Below are positions 21,072 to 30,872 of a stretch of DNA of 64,000 bases, one piece after another. Below the pieces are notes generated by a model. That model did not search any database. It saw nothing but the letters and a program-made list of their open reading frames with translations, and was not told the DNA's origin. Location of the stretch: NCBI GenBank assembly GCA_963783385.1, contig CAWANJ010000002.1, positions 192,001 through 256,000 on the forward strand, read 5' to 3'. Source of the stretch: an uncultured Gemmatimonadales bacterium (GTDB lineage: Bacteria > Gemmatimonadota > Gemmatimonadetes > Palauibacterales > Palauibacteraceae). Each line of letters starts with the position of its first letter. The first letter of the stretch is position 1. The translations under genes and the position numbers were made by a program.

Positions 21072-22535
21072 TCAGAGCACCGGCTCGAACAGCCGGCAGA
21101 AGTTCTCCAGCAGCTTGCGCGGCAAGGGCCGGGCCGCGTGGGCCTCGCGCGTGACCTCGCGGCTCGCCGCGATCTCGGTCTCCACCTGGCGGGACAGGGC
21201 CGATACGAAGCCCGGATCCACGATCTCCACGTTGGTCTCGAAGTTCAGGTGGAGGCTTCGGTAGTCCAGGTTGGCGGATCCCATCATGGCGTACACGCCG
21301 TCCACGACCAGCGACTTGGCGTGCATGAACGGGGGGCTCCGCTCGAAGATGCGCACGCCGGTGTTGAGAAGCCGCGAGTACAGGGCCCGGGCCGCGAAAC
21401 CGGTGTACCAGTGGTTGTTCTTCCCCGGCACGACGAGCCGGACGCTCACCCCGCGTTGGGCGGCGTAGCGCAGGGCCCGAATGATGGGCTGGTCCGGCAC
21501 GAAGTAGGGTGTGGTGAGGTCGATGGACTCCTCGGCGGCGACGATGGCGGCGAAGTACGCGTCGGCGAGACCCCGCCCGGCGGGCTCCGGCCCGCCGGGG
21601 ACCACCTGGATCAACGCCTCGCCCACACGCTGGTACTCGGGAACGGAATCTGGACCGAGGAGCTCTTCCGGGGGCTCCCGCGACGCGAAGTACCAGTCCT
21701 CCAGGAAGCCGAGCTGGATGTCGGCCACGGCCGGTCCCTCGATGCGTACGTGATAGTCGCGGATCGGGGTTCCGTCGGTGAAGTCCGACAGGTTCCGATC
21801 GGAGATGTTGATGCCGCCCACGAAAGCCACGTGGCCGTCCACGACCGCCACCTTCCGGTGGTTGCGCAGGTTGATCTGGAAGCGGCCCTTGAGGGGATTG
21901 GCCTGCGAGATCGAATGGGCCCGTACGCCATCGCGCCGTGCCGGCTCGAAGAAGCGGGTGACGTGGGCGGCCGCGGAGCCGAAGCGGTCGTAGAGCAGAC
22001 GTACGGTGACGCCCTCGGCGGCGCGCCGCGCCAGCAGGTCCCGGAACTCGCGGCCCATTCGGTCGACCGCGAAGATGAACGTCTGCACGTGGATCGTGTG
22101 GCGCGCCTCCTCGATGGCCTTCCTCAGCGCCGGGTAGAATTCGTCCCCATCCACGAGCAGCTGGACACGGTTCCCGACGAGGACGCGGTGGCCGGGCACG
22201 GCGGGATCCGTGCCGCGGAGGATGTGCCACCCGAGGCGGTCGGGAGCGGCCAACCGGGACTCGCTCGGTACCTCGAGCACGTGGCGCGCGAGCCCCGGTC
22301 CCAGGTGCGCGGTCCGGGACAGGAGCGTCCGGGCCATCTGCCTCTCCCGCGCCCCACGGCGAACCCTGTCCATCCCGAAGGCCAGATAGGCCAGGGCGCC
22401 CGCGTAGGGCACGATCCACAGGATGCCGAGCCACAGGACGGCGGAGACCGGACGGTCCTTGTGCAGGAGGACGTCCAGGGAGAGCCCGAGGGCCAGGAGC
22501 ACGTAGCCGAGGCCGAAGAGTGGCATGTGACCCAT
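21072..22535 (-). CDS. cls: Cardiolipin synthase (PLD family)
   Basis: Two HKD motifs (NHRKVAVVDG; HAKSLVVDG) and an N-terminal TM hairpin; start uncertain. Confidence 0.9.
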   Translation of the reverse strand: MGHMPLFGLGYVLLALGLSLDVLLHKDRPVSAVLWLGILWIVPYAGALAYLAFGMDRVRRGARERQMARTLLSRTAHLGPGLARHVLEVPSESRLAAPDRLGWHILRGTDPAVPGHRVLVGNRVQLLVDGDEFYPALRKAIEEARHTIHVQTFIFAVDRMGREFRDLLARRAAEGVTVRLLYDRFGSAAAHVTRFFEPARRDGVRAHSISQANPLKGRFQINLRNHRKVAVVDGHVAFVGGINISDRNLSDFTDGTPIRDYHVRIEGPAVADIQLGFLEDWYFASREPPEELLGPDSVPEYQRVGEALIQVVPGGPEPAGRGLADAYFAAIVAAEESIDLTTPYFVPDQPIIRALRYAAQRGVSVRLVVPGKNNHWYTGFAARALYSRLLNTGVRIFERSPPFMHAKSLVVDGVYAMMGSANLDYRSLHLNFETNVEIVDPGFVSALSRQVETEIAASREVTREAHAARPLPRKLLENFCRLFEPVL

Positions 22536-22805
22536 TCCGATCGGAACGTAGGCTCCCCGCGCCCGGGTCGCGAGGTCGCGGGCCCCGGCGCGGCTTCCGT
22601 CGCGGGCAACGTCCGGCCCGCGGCCAATGTCCATCGTACGACGCCGCTTGCCCGGCCGGCTCCGCGCGTCCGCGGACCTTGACGAGGAGGGGCTATGGCC
22701 GCACGCTGCACGCGTCCCGGCACGAAACCGTTCGCTTGCACCCTCCGTAGGGAGGCGAGTCCGCCGGTGCCGAAGCCGGGGTCAACCCAGCACGTGAGGT
22801 CTTTC

Positions 22806-25800
22806 ATGCTGCGACGCTGCGTCCGCTCGCGCGCCTTGCTTCTGCCGACCGCGCTCCTGCTCCTTCCCCTGTCCGCCCGCGCTCAGGTCGACGCGCGCAT
22901 GCTGCGGCAGCCCGACATCTCCGCCACCACCATCGCCTTCGTGTACGCGGGCGACATCTGGGTGGTGCCCAAGGAAGGAGGCACGGCGCACCGGCTCACG
23001 ACGCCGCCTGGCGAGGAGTCGTTCCCTCGGTTTTCGCCGGACGGGAAGCGGATCGCGTTCACGGGCGATTACGACGGGAACGAGGACGTGTACGTGATCC
23101 CCTCCACGGGGGGCGAGCCGGTGCGGGTCACGCACCACCCGATGGCGGACCGACTGGTGGACTGGTACCCGGACGGCGACTCGCTCCTCATCGCCTCCTC
23201 GATGCAGAGCGGACGGCAGCGCTTCGACCAGTTCTTCGCCGTCCTGCCCTCGGGTGGCCTGCCGGACAAGCTCCCGGTGCCCTACGGGGAGTTCGGCGCC
23301 ATCTCGCCCGACGGGGCCTGGATCGCCTATACGCCCAAGAGCCGTGCCTTCCGAACCTGGAAGCGCTACCGCGGCGGCTGGGCGCCCGACATCTGGCTGT
23401 TCAACCTGAAGACCTTCCAGTCCCGCCAGATCACCGACGCCCCGGCCAACGACGACATGCCCATGTGGCATGGCCACACCCTCTACTTCCTCTCCGACCG
23501 GGGCGAGGCCGAGCGCGAGAACATCTGGGCCTACGACCTGGACAGCGGGAAGACGAGGCAGGTGACCCACTTCACCGACTTCGACATCCACTTCCCGGCC
23601 CTCGGGCCCGACGACCTGGTGTTCGAGGCGGGCGGGATCCTGTACCGGATGGACCTCTCCACCGAGAAGGCGGTCCAGGTGCAGGTCAAGGTCGTGACCG
23701 ACAAGCGCGCCATGAAGCCCCACCTGGCCAAGGTCGACGACCTCATACAGAACGCCTGGATCTCGCCCTCCGGCAAGCGGGCCGTGTTCCAGGCCCGCGG
23801 GGACCTGTTCAGCGTGCCGGCCGAGCACGGCGCCGTCATGGACCTGACCCGCACCTCGGGCGCGGCCGAGCGCGAGCCCACCTGGTCGCCGGACGGGAAG
23901 TGGCTGGCCTACTGGACGGACGCCAGCGGCGAGTACCAGCTCGCCGTGCGGCGCGCCGACGGCAGCGGGGAGCCCAGGACGCTCACCTCGTTCAAGACGG
24001 GCTTCCGCTATACGCCCTTCTGGTCGCCCGACTCGAACAAGCTCGTCTTCATCGACCAGACCGGGGCGCTCCATCTCCTGGACCGTGACTCGGGCAAGGT
24101 CTCGACCATCGATCACGCCACGATGTGGATGGGGCAGGGCGCCCTGCAGGGCTTCACGGTGAGCTGGTCGGCCGACAGCCGCTGGATCGCGTACGCCATG
24201 GAGCAGGACAACCACCACGACGCGATCGTGCTGTACGACACCAGGGACGGCCAGCGGCACCAGGTGACCTCGGGGTTCTACGATGCCCGCGACCCGGTGT
24301 TCGACCCGGATGGCAAATACGTCTACCTGCTCACGAACCGCACCTTCCGGCCCGTATACTCCGACGCCCAGAACACCTGGGTGTACCCGAACGCGACCAC
24401 GATCGCGGCCGTGCCGCTTCGCAAGGACGTCGCCTCGCCGCTGGCACCCCGCAACGACACGGAAGGCGCCGACACGGCCAACGGCGAGAACGGGAAGAAC
24501 GGCAACGGGGAGACGGCGAACGGCGGGGCGAAACAGGAGAGCAAGGCCGGGGCGGGCAAGGCCGCTCCCAAGACGCCCGCGCCCGTGGCCATCGACCTGG
24601 ACGGCTTCGAGAGCCGCGTGGTGCAGCTCCCGCCCGCGCACGGCAACTACGCGGACCTGTCGGCGGCCTCCGGCAAGGTCGTCTACCGGCGACTGCCCCG
24701 CACGGGATCGGCGGATGAGAAGAGCCCGATCGTCTACTGGGACCTGAAGCAGCGCAAGGAGGAGACGGTCCTGGAGGACGCGAACGCCTACCTGCTGTCG
24801 GCGGACGGCAAGAAGCTCCTCGTCGCCAGCCACAAGAAGTTCGCGATCCTCGACCTGAAGCCGGGCCAGAAGATGGAGCACCCGCTGGCCACGGATCAGA
24901 TGACCATGACCGTGGACCCGCCCGAGGAGTGGCGGGAGATCTTCAACGACGTGTGGCGGTTCGACCGGGACTACTTCTACGACCCCGGCATGCACGGCGT
25001 GGACTGGAACGCCATGCGGCAGCGTTACGGGAAGATGCTGGACGACGCGGTCACCCGGTCGGACGTGAACTACGTGATCGGCGAGCTCATCGCGGAGCTG
25101 AGCTCCTCGCACACCTACCGGGGCGGCGGCGACCTGGAGCAGGCGCCCCGGCGCGGCACCGGGGTGCTGGGCGTGGACTGGGCCGTGGACCACGGCCACT
25201 ACCGGATCGCCCGCATCCTCCACGGGGCGCCGTGGGACGACGAGGCGCGCTCGCCGCTGGATCAGCCGGGCGTGGACGTGAAGGAAGGCGACTACGTCCT
25301 GGCCGTGAACGGAGCCCCGCTCGACACGGCCGAGGACCCGTGGGCGGCCTTCGACGGGCTGGCCGACCAGACGGTCGTGCTCACGGTCAACGACCGGCCC
25401 ACGCTGGAGGGCGCGCGCCAGGTGGTGGTCAAGACGCTGGCCGGCGACACTCGCCTGCGGCACCTGGCGTGGATCGAGCACAACCGCCACGTGGTGGATT
25501 CGCTCTCGAACGGGAAGATCGGGTACGTGTACGTGCCCGACACGGGGATCGAGGGCCAGAACGAGCTCGTCCGGCAGTTCACGGCCGAGTACCCGAAGCC
25601 GGGGCTCATCGTGGACGAGCGCTTCAACTCGGGCGGGCAGATCCCCGACCGCTTCATCGAGCTCCTGAACCGCCCGGTCCTCGGGTTCTGGGCGGTGCGG
25701 AACGGGTCGGACTGGCGCTGGCCGCCGATCGGCCACTTCGGACCGGAGGCCATGCTGATCAACGGCTGGAGCGGCTCGGGCGGGGACGCCTTCCCGTACT

Positions 25801-26159
25801 TCTTCAAGGAGGCGAAGCTGGGACCGCTAATCGGGATGCGCACCTGGGGCGGGCTGATCGGGATCAGCGGCGTGCCGGGCCTCATCGACGGCGGCGCGGT
25901 CACCGTGCCCACCTTCCGCCTGTATAGCCCCGAGGGAAAGTGGTTCCCGGAGGGTCATGGCGTGGAGCCGGACGTCCGGGTCGTGGATGATCCGACGGCG
26001 CTGGCGAAGGGGCACGACCCGCAGCTCGAACGCGCCGTGCAGGTGGTGGAGGACTCGCTCGGGAAGAACCCGCCGCCCAGTTCGGAGCGGCCGCCCTATC
26101 AGGACCGCACCAGGCCCGGGCAGGGCACGCCGCCGCGCACGGGAGGCGGCGGGCGATAG
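22806..26159 (+). CDS. Tricorn protease homolog (S41B), exported
   Basis: Signal peptide, beta-propeller repeats (FSPDG/WSPDG), ELSSSHTY, PDZ domain, SGSGGDAF catalytic Ser, RTWGG and EGHGVEPD. Confidence 0.93.
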   Translation: MLRRCVRSRALLLPTALLLLPLSARAQVDARMLRQPDISATTIAFVYAGDIWVVPKEGGTAHRLTTPPGEESFPRFSPDGKRIAFTGDYDGNEDVYVIPSTGGEPVRVTHHPMADRLVDWYPDGDSLLIASSMQSGRQRFDQFFAVLPSGGLPDKLPVPYGEFGAISPDGAWIAYTPKSRAFRTWKRYRGGWAPDIWLFNLKTFQSRQITDAPANDDMPMWHGHTLYFLSDRGEAERENIWAYDLDSGKTRQVTHFTDFDIHFPALGPDDLVFEAGGILYRMDLSTEKAVQVQVKVVTDKRAMKPHLAKVDDLIQNAWISPSGKRAVFQARGDLFSVPAEHGAVMDLTRTSGAAEREPTWSPDGKWLAYWTDASGEYQLAVRRADGSGEPRTLTSFKTGFRYTPFWSPDSNKLVFIDQTGALHLLDRDSGKVSTIDHATMWMGQGALQGFTVSWSADSRWIAYAMEQDNHHDAIVLYDTRDGQRHQVTSGFYDARDPVFDPDGKYVYLLTNRTFRPVYSDAQNTWVYPNATTIAAVPLRKDVASPLAPRNDTEGADTANGENGKNGNGETANGGAKQESKAGAGKAAPKTPAPVAIDLDGFESRVVQLPPAHGNYADLSAASGKVVYRRLPRTGSADEKSPIVYWDLKQRKEETVLEDANAYLLSADGKKLLVASHKKFAILDLKPGQKMEHPLATDQMTMTVDPPEEWREIFNDVWRFDRDYFYDPGMHGVDWNAMRQRYGKMLDDAVTRSDVNYVIGELIAELSSSHTYRGGGDLEQAPRRGTGVLGVDWAVDHGHYRIARILHGAPWDDEARSPLDQPGVDVKEGDYVLAVNGAPLDTAEDPWAAFDGLADQTVVLTVNDRPTLEGARQVVVKTLAGDTRLRHLAWIEHNRHVVDSLSNGKIGYVYVPDTGIEGQNELVRQFTAEYPKPGLIVDERFNSGGQIPDRFIELLNRPVLGFWAVRNGSDWRWPPIGHFGPEAMLINGWSGSGGDAFPYFFKEAKLGPLIGMRTWGGLIGISGVPGLIDGGAVTVPTFRLYSPEGKWFPEGHGVEPDVRVVDDPTALAKGHDPQLERAVQVVEDSLGKNPPPSSERPPYQDRTRPGQGTPPRTGGGGR

Positions 26160-26205
26160 CCGCGGCGAGCCTCCGTCCCGCGCCGACCCGGGCCAGTCCG
26201 CCGCC

Positions 26206-27057
26206 GTGACCCGGGTCGAGCACGTCTCGGACACCGCCCTGTGGGTGGCCACCTACAGGGCGATGGAGAGCGAGCGCCCGGACGCGCTGTTCCGCGACCC
26301 GTACGCGGGCCGGCTGGCCGGGGAGCGCGGCCGGGCGCTCCTGGAGTCCGTCCCGTGGGCGCGGCAGAGCGCCTGGGCGATGATCGTCCGGACGGCCGTG
26401 ATGGACGAGATCATCCGTCAGGCCATCGAGCGCGACGGCGTGACACGGGTCGTGAACCTGGCCGCCGGCCTCGACGCGCGGCCGTGGCGCATGGACCTCC
26501 CGGCCGACTTCGCCTGGGTCGACGTCGACCTCCCCGGCATCCTGGACCATAAGGGCGCCGTGATGGAGGGAGAGCGGCCCGCATGCCGCCTGGAGACGGT
26601 GCGGATCGACCTCTCCGACCGCGAGGCGCGGCGCGCCCTGTTCGGGCGGCTGGCCGAGGATGGTCGGCCGACCCTCGTCGTGTCCGAGGGCCTCCTCATC
26701 TACCTGGAGCCCGCCGACGTGGCGGGCCTGGCCGATGACCTCCGGGCCGTGCCGACGTTCCGGTGGTGGCTGATCGACCTGGCCTCGCCCAGGCTCGTCG
26801 ACATGATGCGGAAGCGGTACGGGAAGGGCATGGACCCGGGCAAGGTGCCGTTCCGGTTCGCTCCGCCCGAGGGCACGGCCTTCTTCGCGCCCCACGGCTG
26901 GAGGGAGGCGGAGGTCCGCTTCAACCTCGAAGAAGCACACCGCCTCGGCCGGGAGATGAAGGGAGCCTGGATCCCCAGGCTGATCGGCCGCCTGTTCCCG
27001 AGGAAGGCCGAGGAGTTCCGGCGCATGGGCATGGTCGTGCTGCTGGGGCGCGACTGA
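26206..27057 (+). CDS. Class I SAM-dependent methyltransferase (LCM/YktD-like)
   Basis: VSDTALWVATYRAMES, VVNLAAGLDARP, DVDLP and SEGLLIYL motifs; start uncertain. Confidence 0.88.
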   Translation: MTRVEHVSDTALWVATYRAMESERPDALFRDPYAGRLAGERGRALLESVPWARQSAWAMIVRTAVMDEIIRQAIERDGVTRVVNLAAGLDARPWRMDLPADFAWVDVDLPGILDHKGAVMEGERPACRLETVRIDLSDREARRALFGRLAEDGRPTLVVSEGLLIYLEPADVAGLADDLRAVPTFRWWLIDLASPRLVDMMRKRYGKGMDPGKVPFRFAPPEGTAFFAPHGWREAEVRFNLEEAHRLGREMKGAWIPRLIGRLFPRKAEEFRRMGMVVLLGRD

Positions 27058-27124
27058 GCACCGGGCCGGGAGCGGCTCCACCGCGCCCCGGACGCCGGCC
27101 GGTGTCGGACCCGCGCCGGCCCGC

Positions 27125-27922
27125 TCAGCCCGCGGCCAGCACGTCGCGCAGGAAGCGCGTCGCCCGGTCCAGGGCCTCCTCCGGACGGTCCCTGTGCGGA
27201 GCGTGACCGCAGCCCGACAGGCGGACGGCGCGCGCCGGACCGTACACCCCCTCCACGACCGCCTCGACCTGCGCCCACGTCCCGTACTCGTCCTCTTCGC
27301 CCTGGAGAAGCAGGACGGGTGCGCGGACCGCGGCCAGCTCCCCCCGGATGTCCCAGCTCCGGAACGCGGGGTCGAGCCATGCCCGCGTCCACCCCAGCAC
27401 CGTGTCGTCGGGCCGGTCGTGCCACCGGGCCAGCCTGTCGCGGAGCTCCGGCTCCCCATAGTCGCGCTCCAGGTGGGCGATGCTCTCGACCGTGACGTCC
27501 TCCACGAAGGCGTGGGGCGCCTCGAGTACGAGGGCGCGCGGGAGATCTGGGAAGCGGGCCGCGAACAGGAGGGCGATCGAGGCCCCGTCGGAGTGGCCGT
27601 ACAGGAGTGGAGCCTCGACCCCGACCTCGTCCAGGAGGCGGGGCAGGGCGTCCCACGCCTCCCGGTGCATGAAGTCGACCGGCCGCGGGAGCTCGGCGGG
27701 GTCGGAGGCGCCGTAGCCCCGCCGGCTGTAGACGAGCCCACCGGCGCCGACCGCCTCGCACACACGGTCGGGGTAGTCCCTCCACATCGCCGCCGACCCC
27801 AGCCCCTCGTGCAGGAATACGACGGTCGGGGCCCGGCCCGGGGGCGGGCCCAGGCGGCGGACCTCCAGCCGGACGCCATCGACCTCGATGAAGCCGGGGC
27901 CGGCGTGCCACGCCGCGCTCAC
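27125..27922 (-). CDS. Alpha/beta hydrolase (HEGLG type)
   Basis: VFLHEGLGS, GHSDG nucleophile elbow, QGEEDEYG and CGHAPH; GTG start overlaps the ligase TGA. Confidence 0.88.
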   Translation of the reverse strand: MSAAWHAGPGFIEVDGVRLEVRRLGPPPGRAPTVVFLHEGLGSAAMWRDYPDRVCEAVGAGGLVYSRRGYGASDPAELPRPVDFMHREAWDALPRLLDEVGVEAPLLYGHSDGASIALLFAARFPDLPRALVLEAPHAFVEDVTVESIAHLERDYGEPELRDRLARWHDRPDDTVLGWTRAWLDPAFRSWDIRGELAAVRAPVLLLQGEEDEYGTWAQVEAVVEGVYGPARAVRLSGCGHAPHRDRPEEALDRATRFLRDVLAAG

Positions 27923-29467
27923 GGCGCGGCGTAGGGCTCCTCGCCCAGCTCCCGGCGCAGCAGGAAGCGGCGGATCTTGCCGGTGGCCGTCTTGGGGAGC
28001 GCGTCCCGGAACACCACCCGGCGCGGGTACTTGTAGGGCGCGAGGCGCTCCTTCACGAACGCCTGGAGCTCCGCCGGCGCGAGCGCGGCGGCTCCCTCCT
28101 TGAGCACCACGAAGGCGGTCGGCTTCACGAGTCCGTCTACGTCCTCCTCGCCCACCACCGCGCACTCGAGCACGGCCTCGTGCGCGAGGAGCGTCGCTTC
28201 CACCTCGACCGGGGAGACCCAGAATGCCGCCGACCTTGAGCATGTCGTCGCTGCGGCCGGCGTGACGCCAGTGGCCGCCCTCGTCGATCAGGTATTTGTC
28301 CCCGGTGCGGATCCAGTCGCCCGCCATCGTCTCCTTGGTGGCCTCGTGCCGGTTCCAGTACAGGGCCGCGGTCGAGTCGCCTCGGACGAGGAGGTCGCCG
28401 GGTCGGCCGGGTGGCACGGGCTCCCCCGTCTCGTCGACCAGCCGCAGATCGTAGCCGGGAACGGGGCTCCCGGTCGTCCCCGGCGCGCACTCGCCCGGCC
28501 GGTTGGAGAGGAAGATGTGGCAGATCTCGGTCGAGCCGATGCCGTCCAGGATCTCCGTCCCCGTGCGCTCGAGCCAGCGCTCGAACAGGGGCGCGGGAAG
28601 CGCCTCGCCCGCGCTCACGCACAGCCGGACGCTGGAGAAGTCCGGGTCCGCGCCCCGCTCCATGGCGTCCAGCATCTGGGCGTAGGCCGTGGGGACGGCG
28701 AAGAACAGCGTGGGCCGGTGGCGGGCGATCTGGTCGAACATGGCGGAAGGCGTCGGCCGCCCCGAGAACAGCACCGACGCCGCGCCCACGTGCGCCGGGA
28801 AGTAGCCGGCGTTCCCGAGCCCGTAGGCGAAGAACAGCTTGGCCAGGCTCAGGCAGCGGTCTTCCGGCCGAATCCCCAGCACGCGCTCCCCGTAGGTCGC
28901 GCAGCACACCCACATGTCGTGGTGCAGGTGGACCACGCCCTTGGGCTCGCCCGTCGTGCCGCTCGAGTACAGGAAGAAGGCGAAGCCGTCCCGGTGGGTG
29001 GCCGAGTAGGCCTCGACCGGCCGGACCGCTGCGGCTCTCTCCCGCGCCTGGCCGGGAAGCCACACGTCTGTCCCCGGGCGCGCCAGGAGCGCGGGGTCGG
29101 CCAGCTCCGGATCGACCACCGCGACGCGCGGGTCGCAGTCGTCCAGGATGGCGCGCACCTCGTCCTCGTGGAGGAGGGTGTTGAGCGGCACGGCGACGCC
29201 CCCCGCGGCCAGGGAGGCCCAGAACAGGGCCAGGAGCTCGGGTCCGTCGGGGAGGAGGAGCGCCACGTGGTCCCCCGGATGGAGGCCGGCCTCCAGGAGC
29301 GCCGCCGCCCTCCGGCGCACGGCCTCGTCCAGCGCGGCGTAATCCAGCGCGCCGCCGTCCCAGACCACGGCCGTGCGCTCGCCGCGCCCCTCGCGCACGT
29401 GCCGGGCCACGAACCACTCGGCGGCGTTGAAACGCTCGGGCAGGCTGTCACATGCGCGCAGGGACAA
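27919..29467 (-). CDS. Benzoate-CoA ligase-family aryl-CoA ligase, split by a +1 frameshift near 28223
   Basis: YSSGTTGEPKG, LFFAYGLGN, DGIGSTEICHIF and GRSDDMLKVGG; the C-terminal domain (EVEATL..LPKTATGKI) is in another frame; span is 1549 nt = 3n+1. Confidence 0.88.
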
Positions 29468-29550
29468 GGCCTCCTCCTACGGGCGCGGGTGCTCGTCCTG
29501 CGGGGCCGTCGCGCGGCCCGGCACGGCGTCGCGATCGGGCGGCCGCCGGC

Positions 29551-30174
29551 TCAGCCGACCCACAGCTGCTTCACCCCGGAGACCACCATCTGGACGCCGA
29601 CCGCCATCACCAGGAGGCCCAGGATCCGCGTGGCCAGGCGGAGCCCGAAGTCGCCCAGGATCCGGTGCCACGCCCGGGCGAAGAACAGCGTGATGAACAC
29701 GAGGACGCTGACCGCGAGAACGGCGACCAGGGTGGGTCCGAGCCCCGCCTCGGGGCCCGCGGCCAGCGTGATCGTGGTGGTGATCGCCCCGGGGCCGGCG
29801 ATGAGCGGGATCGACAGGGGCACGTAGATGCCGAACTCGGCCTGCTCCTGGGAGGCGGCCACCTGCTGGTCGCCCGAGGAGAACTGCGCTCCGGGCCGCT
29901 CGCCCTGCACCATGGAGAAGGCCATGGCGGTGACGATGAGCCCGCCCGCCGCCCGCAGACCCGCCACACTCACCCCGAACGCGTCCAGGATGCGGGTGCC
30001 GAGCAGCGCGCACAGGGCCAGCGTGATCCCGACCGCCATCGCCGAGCGCCACGCGTCGGACCGGTGCGCCTTCGCGTCCTTCGGCGAGCGCAGCGCCAGG
30101 TAGACGGGAAGGGCGCCGAGCGGGTTGGCGATGGCCACCAGGGTGGCGATCGCGCCGAGGGTCCCGCCGATCAC
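29551..30174 (-). CDS. MarC-family inner membrane protein
   Basis: IANPLG, AGGLI, VPLSIPLIAGPGAIT and TRILGLLV motifs; GTG overlaps the pabA stop. Confidence 0.9.
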   Translation of the reverse strand: MIGGTLGAIATLVAIANPLGALPVYLALRSPKDAKAHRSDAWRSAMAVGITLALCALLGTRILDAFGVSVAGLRAAGGLIVTAMAFSMVQGERPGAQFSSGDQQVAASQEQAEFGIYVPLSIPLIAGPGAITTTITLAAGPEAGLGPTLVAVLAVSVLVFITLFFARAWHRILGDFGLRLATRILGLLVMAVGVQMVVSGVKQLWVG

Positions 30175-30818
30175 GCGGCCGCCCCGCGCCCGGCTTCCCG
30201 CCGGATCTCCGTCGCCGGCTCCCGCGACCAGTCGGGCTCGGGCTTCCGGCCGCGGCCCAGGGCCAGGAAGTTGGCCAGGATCCGGTGTCCCGAGTCGGTG
30301 AGCACGGCCTCGGGGTGGAACTGGACGCCCCACACGGGCAGGTCCCGGTGGCGGAGCGCCATGATCTCGCCCTCCTCCGTCCACGCCGTGACCTCCAGCT
30401 CCGGCGGGAGGGTGGCGCGCTCGACCACCAGGGAGTGGTAGCGGGTGGCGGAGAACGGGTCGGACAGGCCCGTGAACAGGCCGCGGCCGCCGTGGCGTAT
30501 CGCCGAGAGCTTCCCGTGCATGGGCCGCCGGGCCCGTACGACCGTTCCCCCGTAGGTGGCCCCGATGCACTGGTGCCCGAGGCATACGCCGAGGACCGCG
30601 ACCTCCGGGGCCAGGGCTTCGACGAGCTCGCACGACGCGCCCGCCTCGGCCGGCGTGCACGGCCCGGGCGAGACCACCAGGTGGCTGGGCGCCAGCGACC
30701 TTGCCTCGGCGACGTCGACCGCGTCGTTCCGGCGCACCACGACCTCCTCGCCCAGCTCCCTCAGGTAGCGGGCCAGGTTGTGCACGAAGGAGTCGTAGTT
30801 GTCCACGAGGAGGATCAC
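30171..30818 (-). CDS. pabA: Glutamine amidotransferase, aminodeoxychorismate/anthranilate synthase component II (PabA/TrpG)
   Basis: ILLVDNYDSF, SPGPCTP, GVCLGHQ, RYHSL and GVQFHPE motifs; pabA versus trpG cannot be resolved. Confidence 0.88.
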   Translation of the reverse strand: MILLVDNYDSFVHNLARYLRELGEEVVVRRNDAVDVAEARSLAPSHLVVSPGPCTPAEAGASCELVEALAPEVAVLGVCLGHQCIGATYGGTVVRARRPMHGKLSAIRHGGRGLFTGLSDPFSATRYHSLVVERATLPPELEVTAWTEEGEIMALRHRDLPVWGVQFHPEAVLTDSGHRILANFLALGRGRKPEPDWSREPATEIRREAGRGAAA

Positions 30819-30872
30819 GCCGACAGCATAGTGGACCTCCGGCGCCTCTGCGACCGTCCGCGGCGGTGGCGG

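Noticed and set aside
19891-22434. 847-aa minus-strand ORF
   Set aside because: An off-frame overlap of cls; only about 20670-21054 is real, as the N-terminus of the frameshifted dehydrogenase.
22782-25736. 984-aa antisense ORF, and similar ones opposite ileS and ftsH
   Set aside because: Mirror frames of strongly codon-biased genes.
27125-29467. 780-aa CoA ligase-hydrolase fusion ORF as a novel NRPS-like enzyme
   Set aside because: It results from one extra base. The linker is off-frame low-complexity sequence, the real ligase C-terminal domain is intact in another frame, and the hydrolase has its own GTG start.
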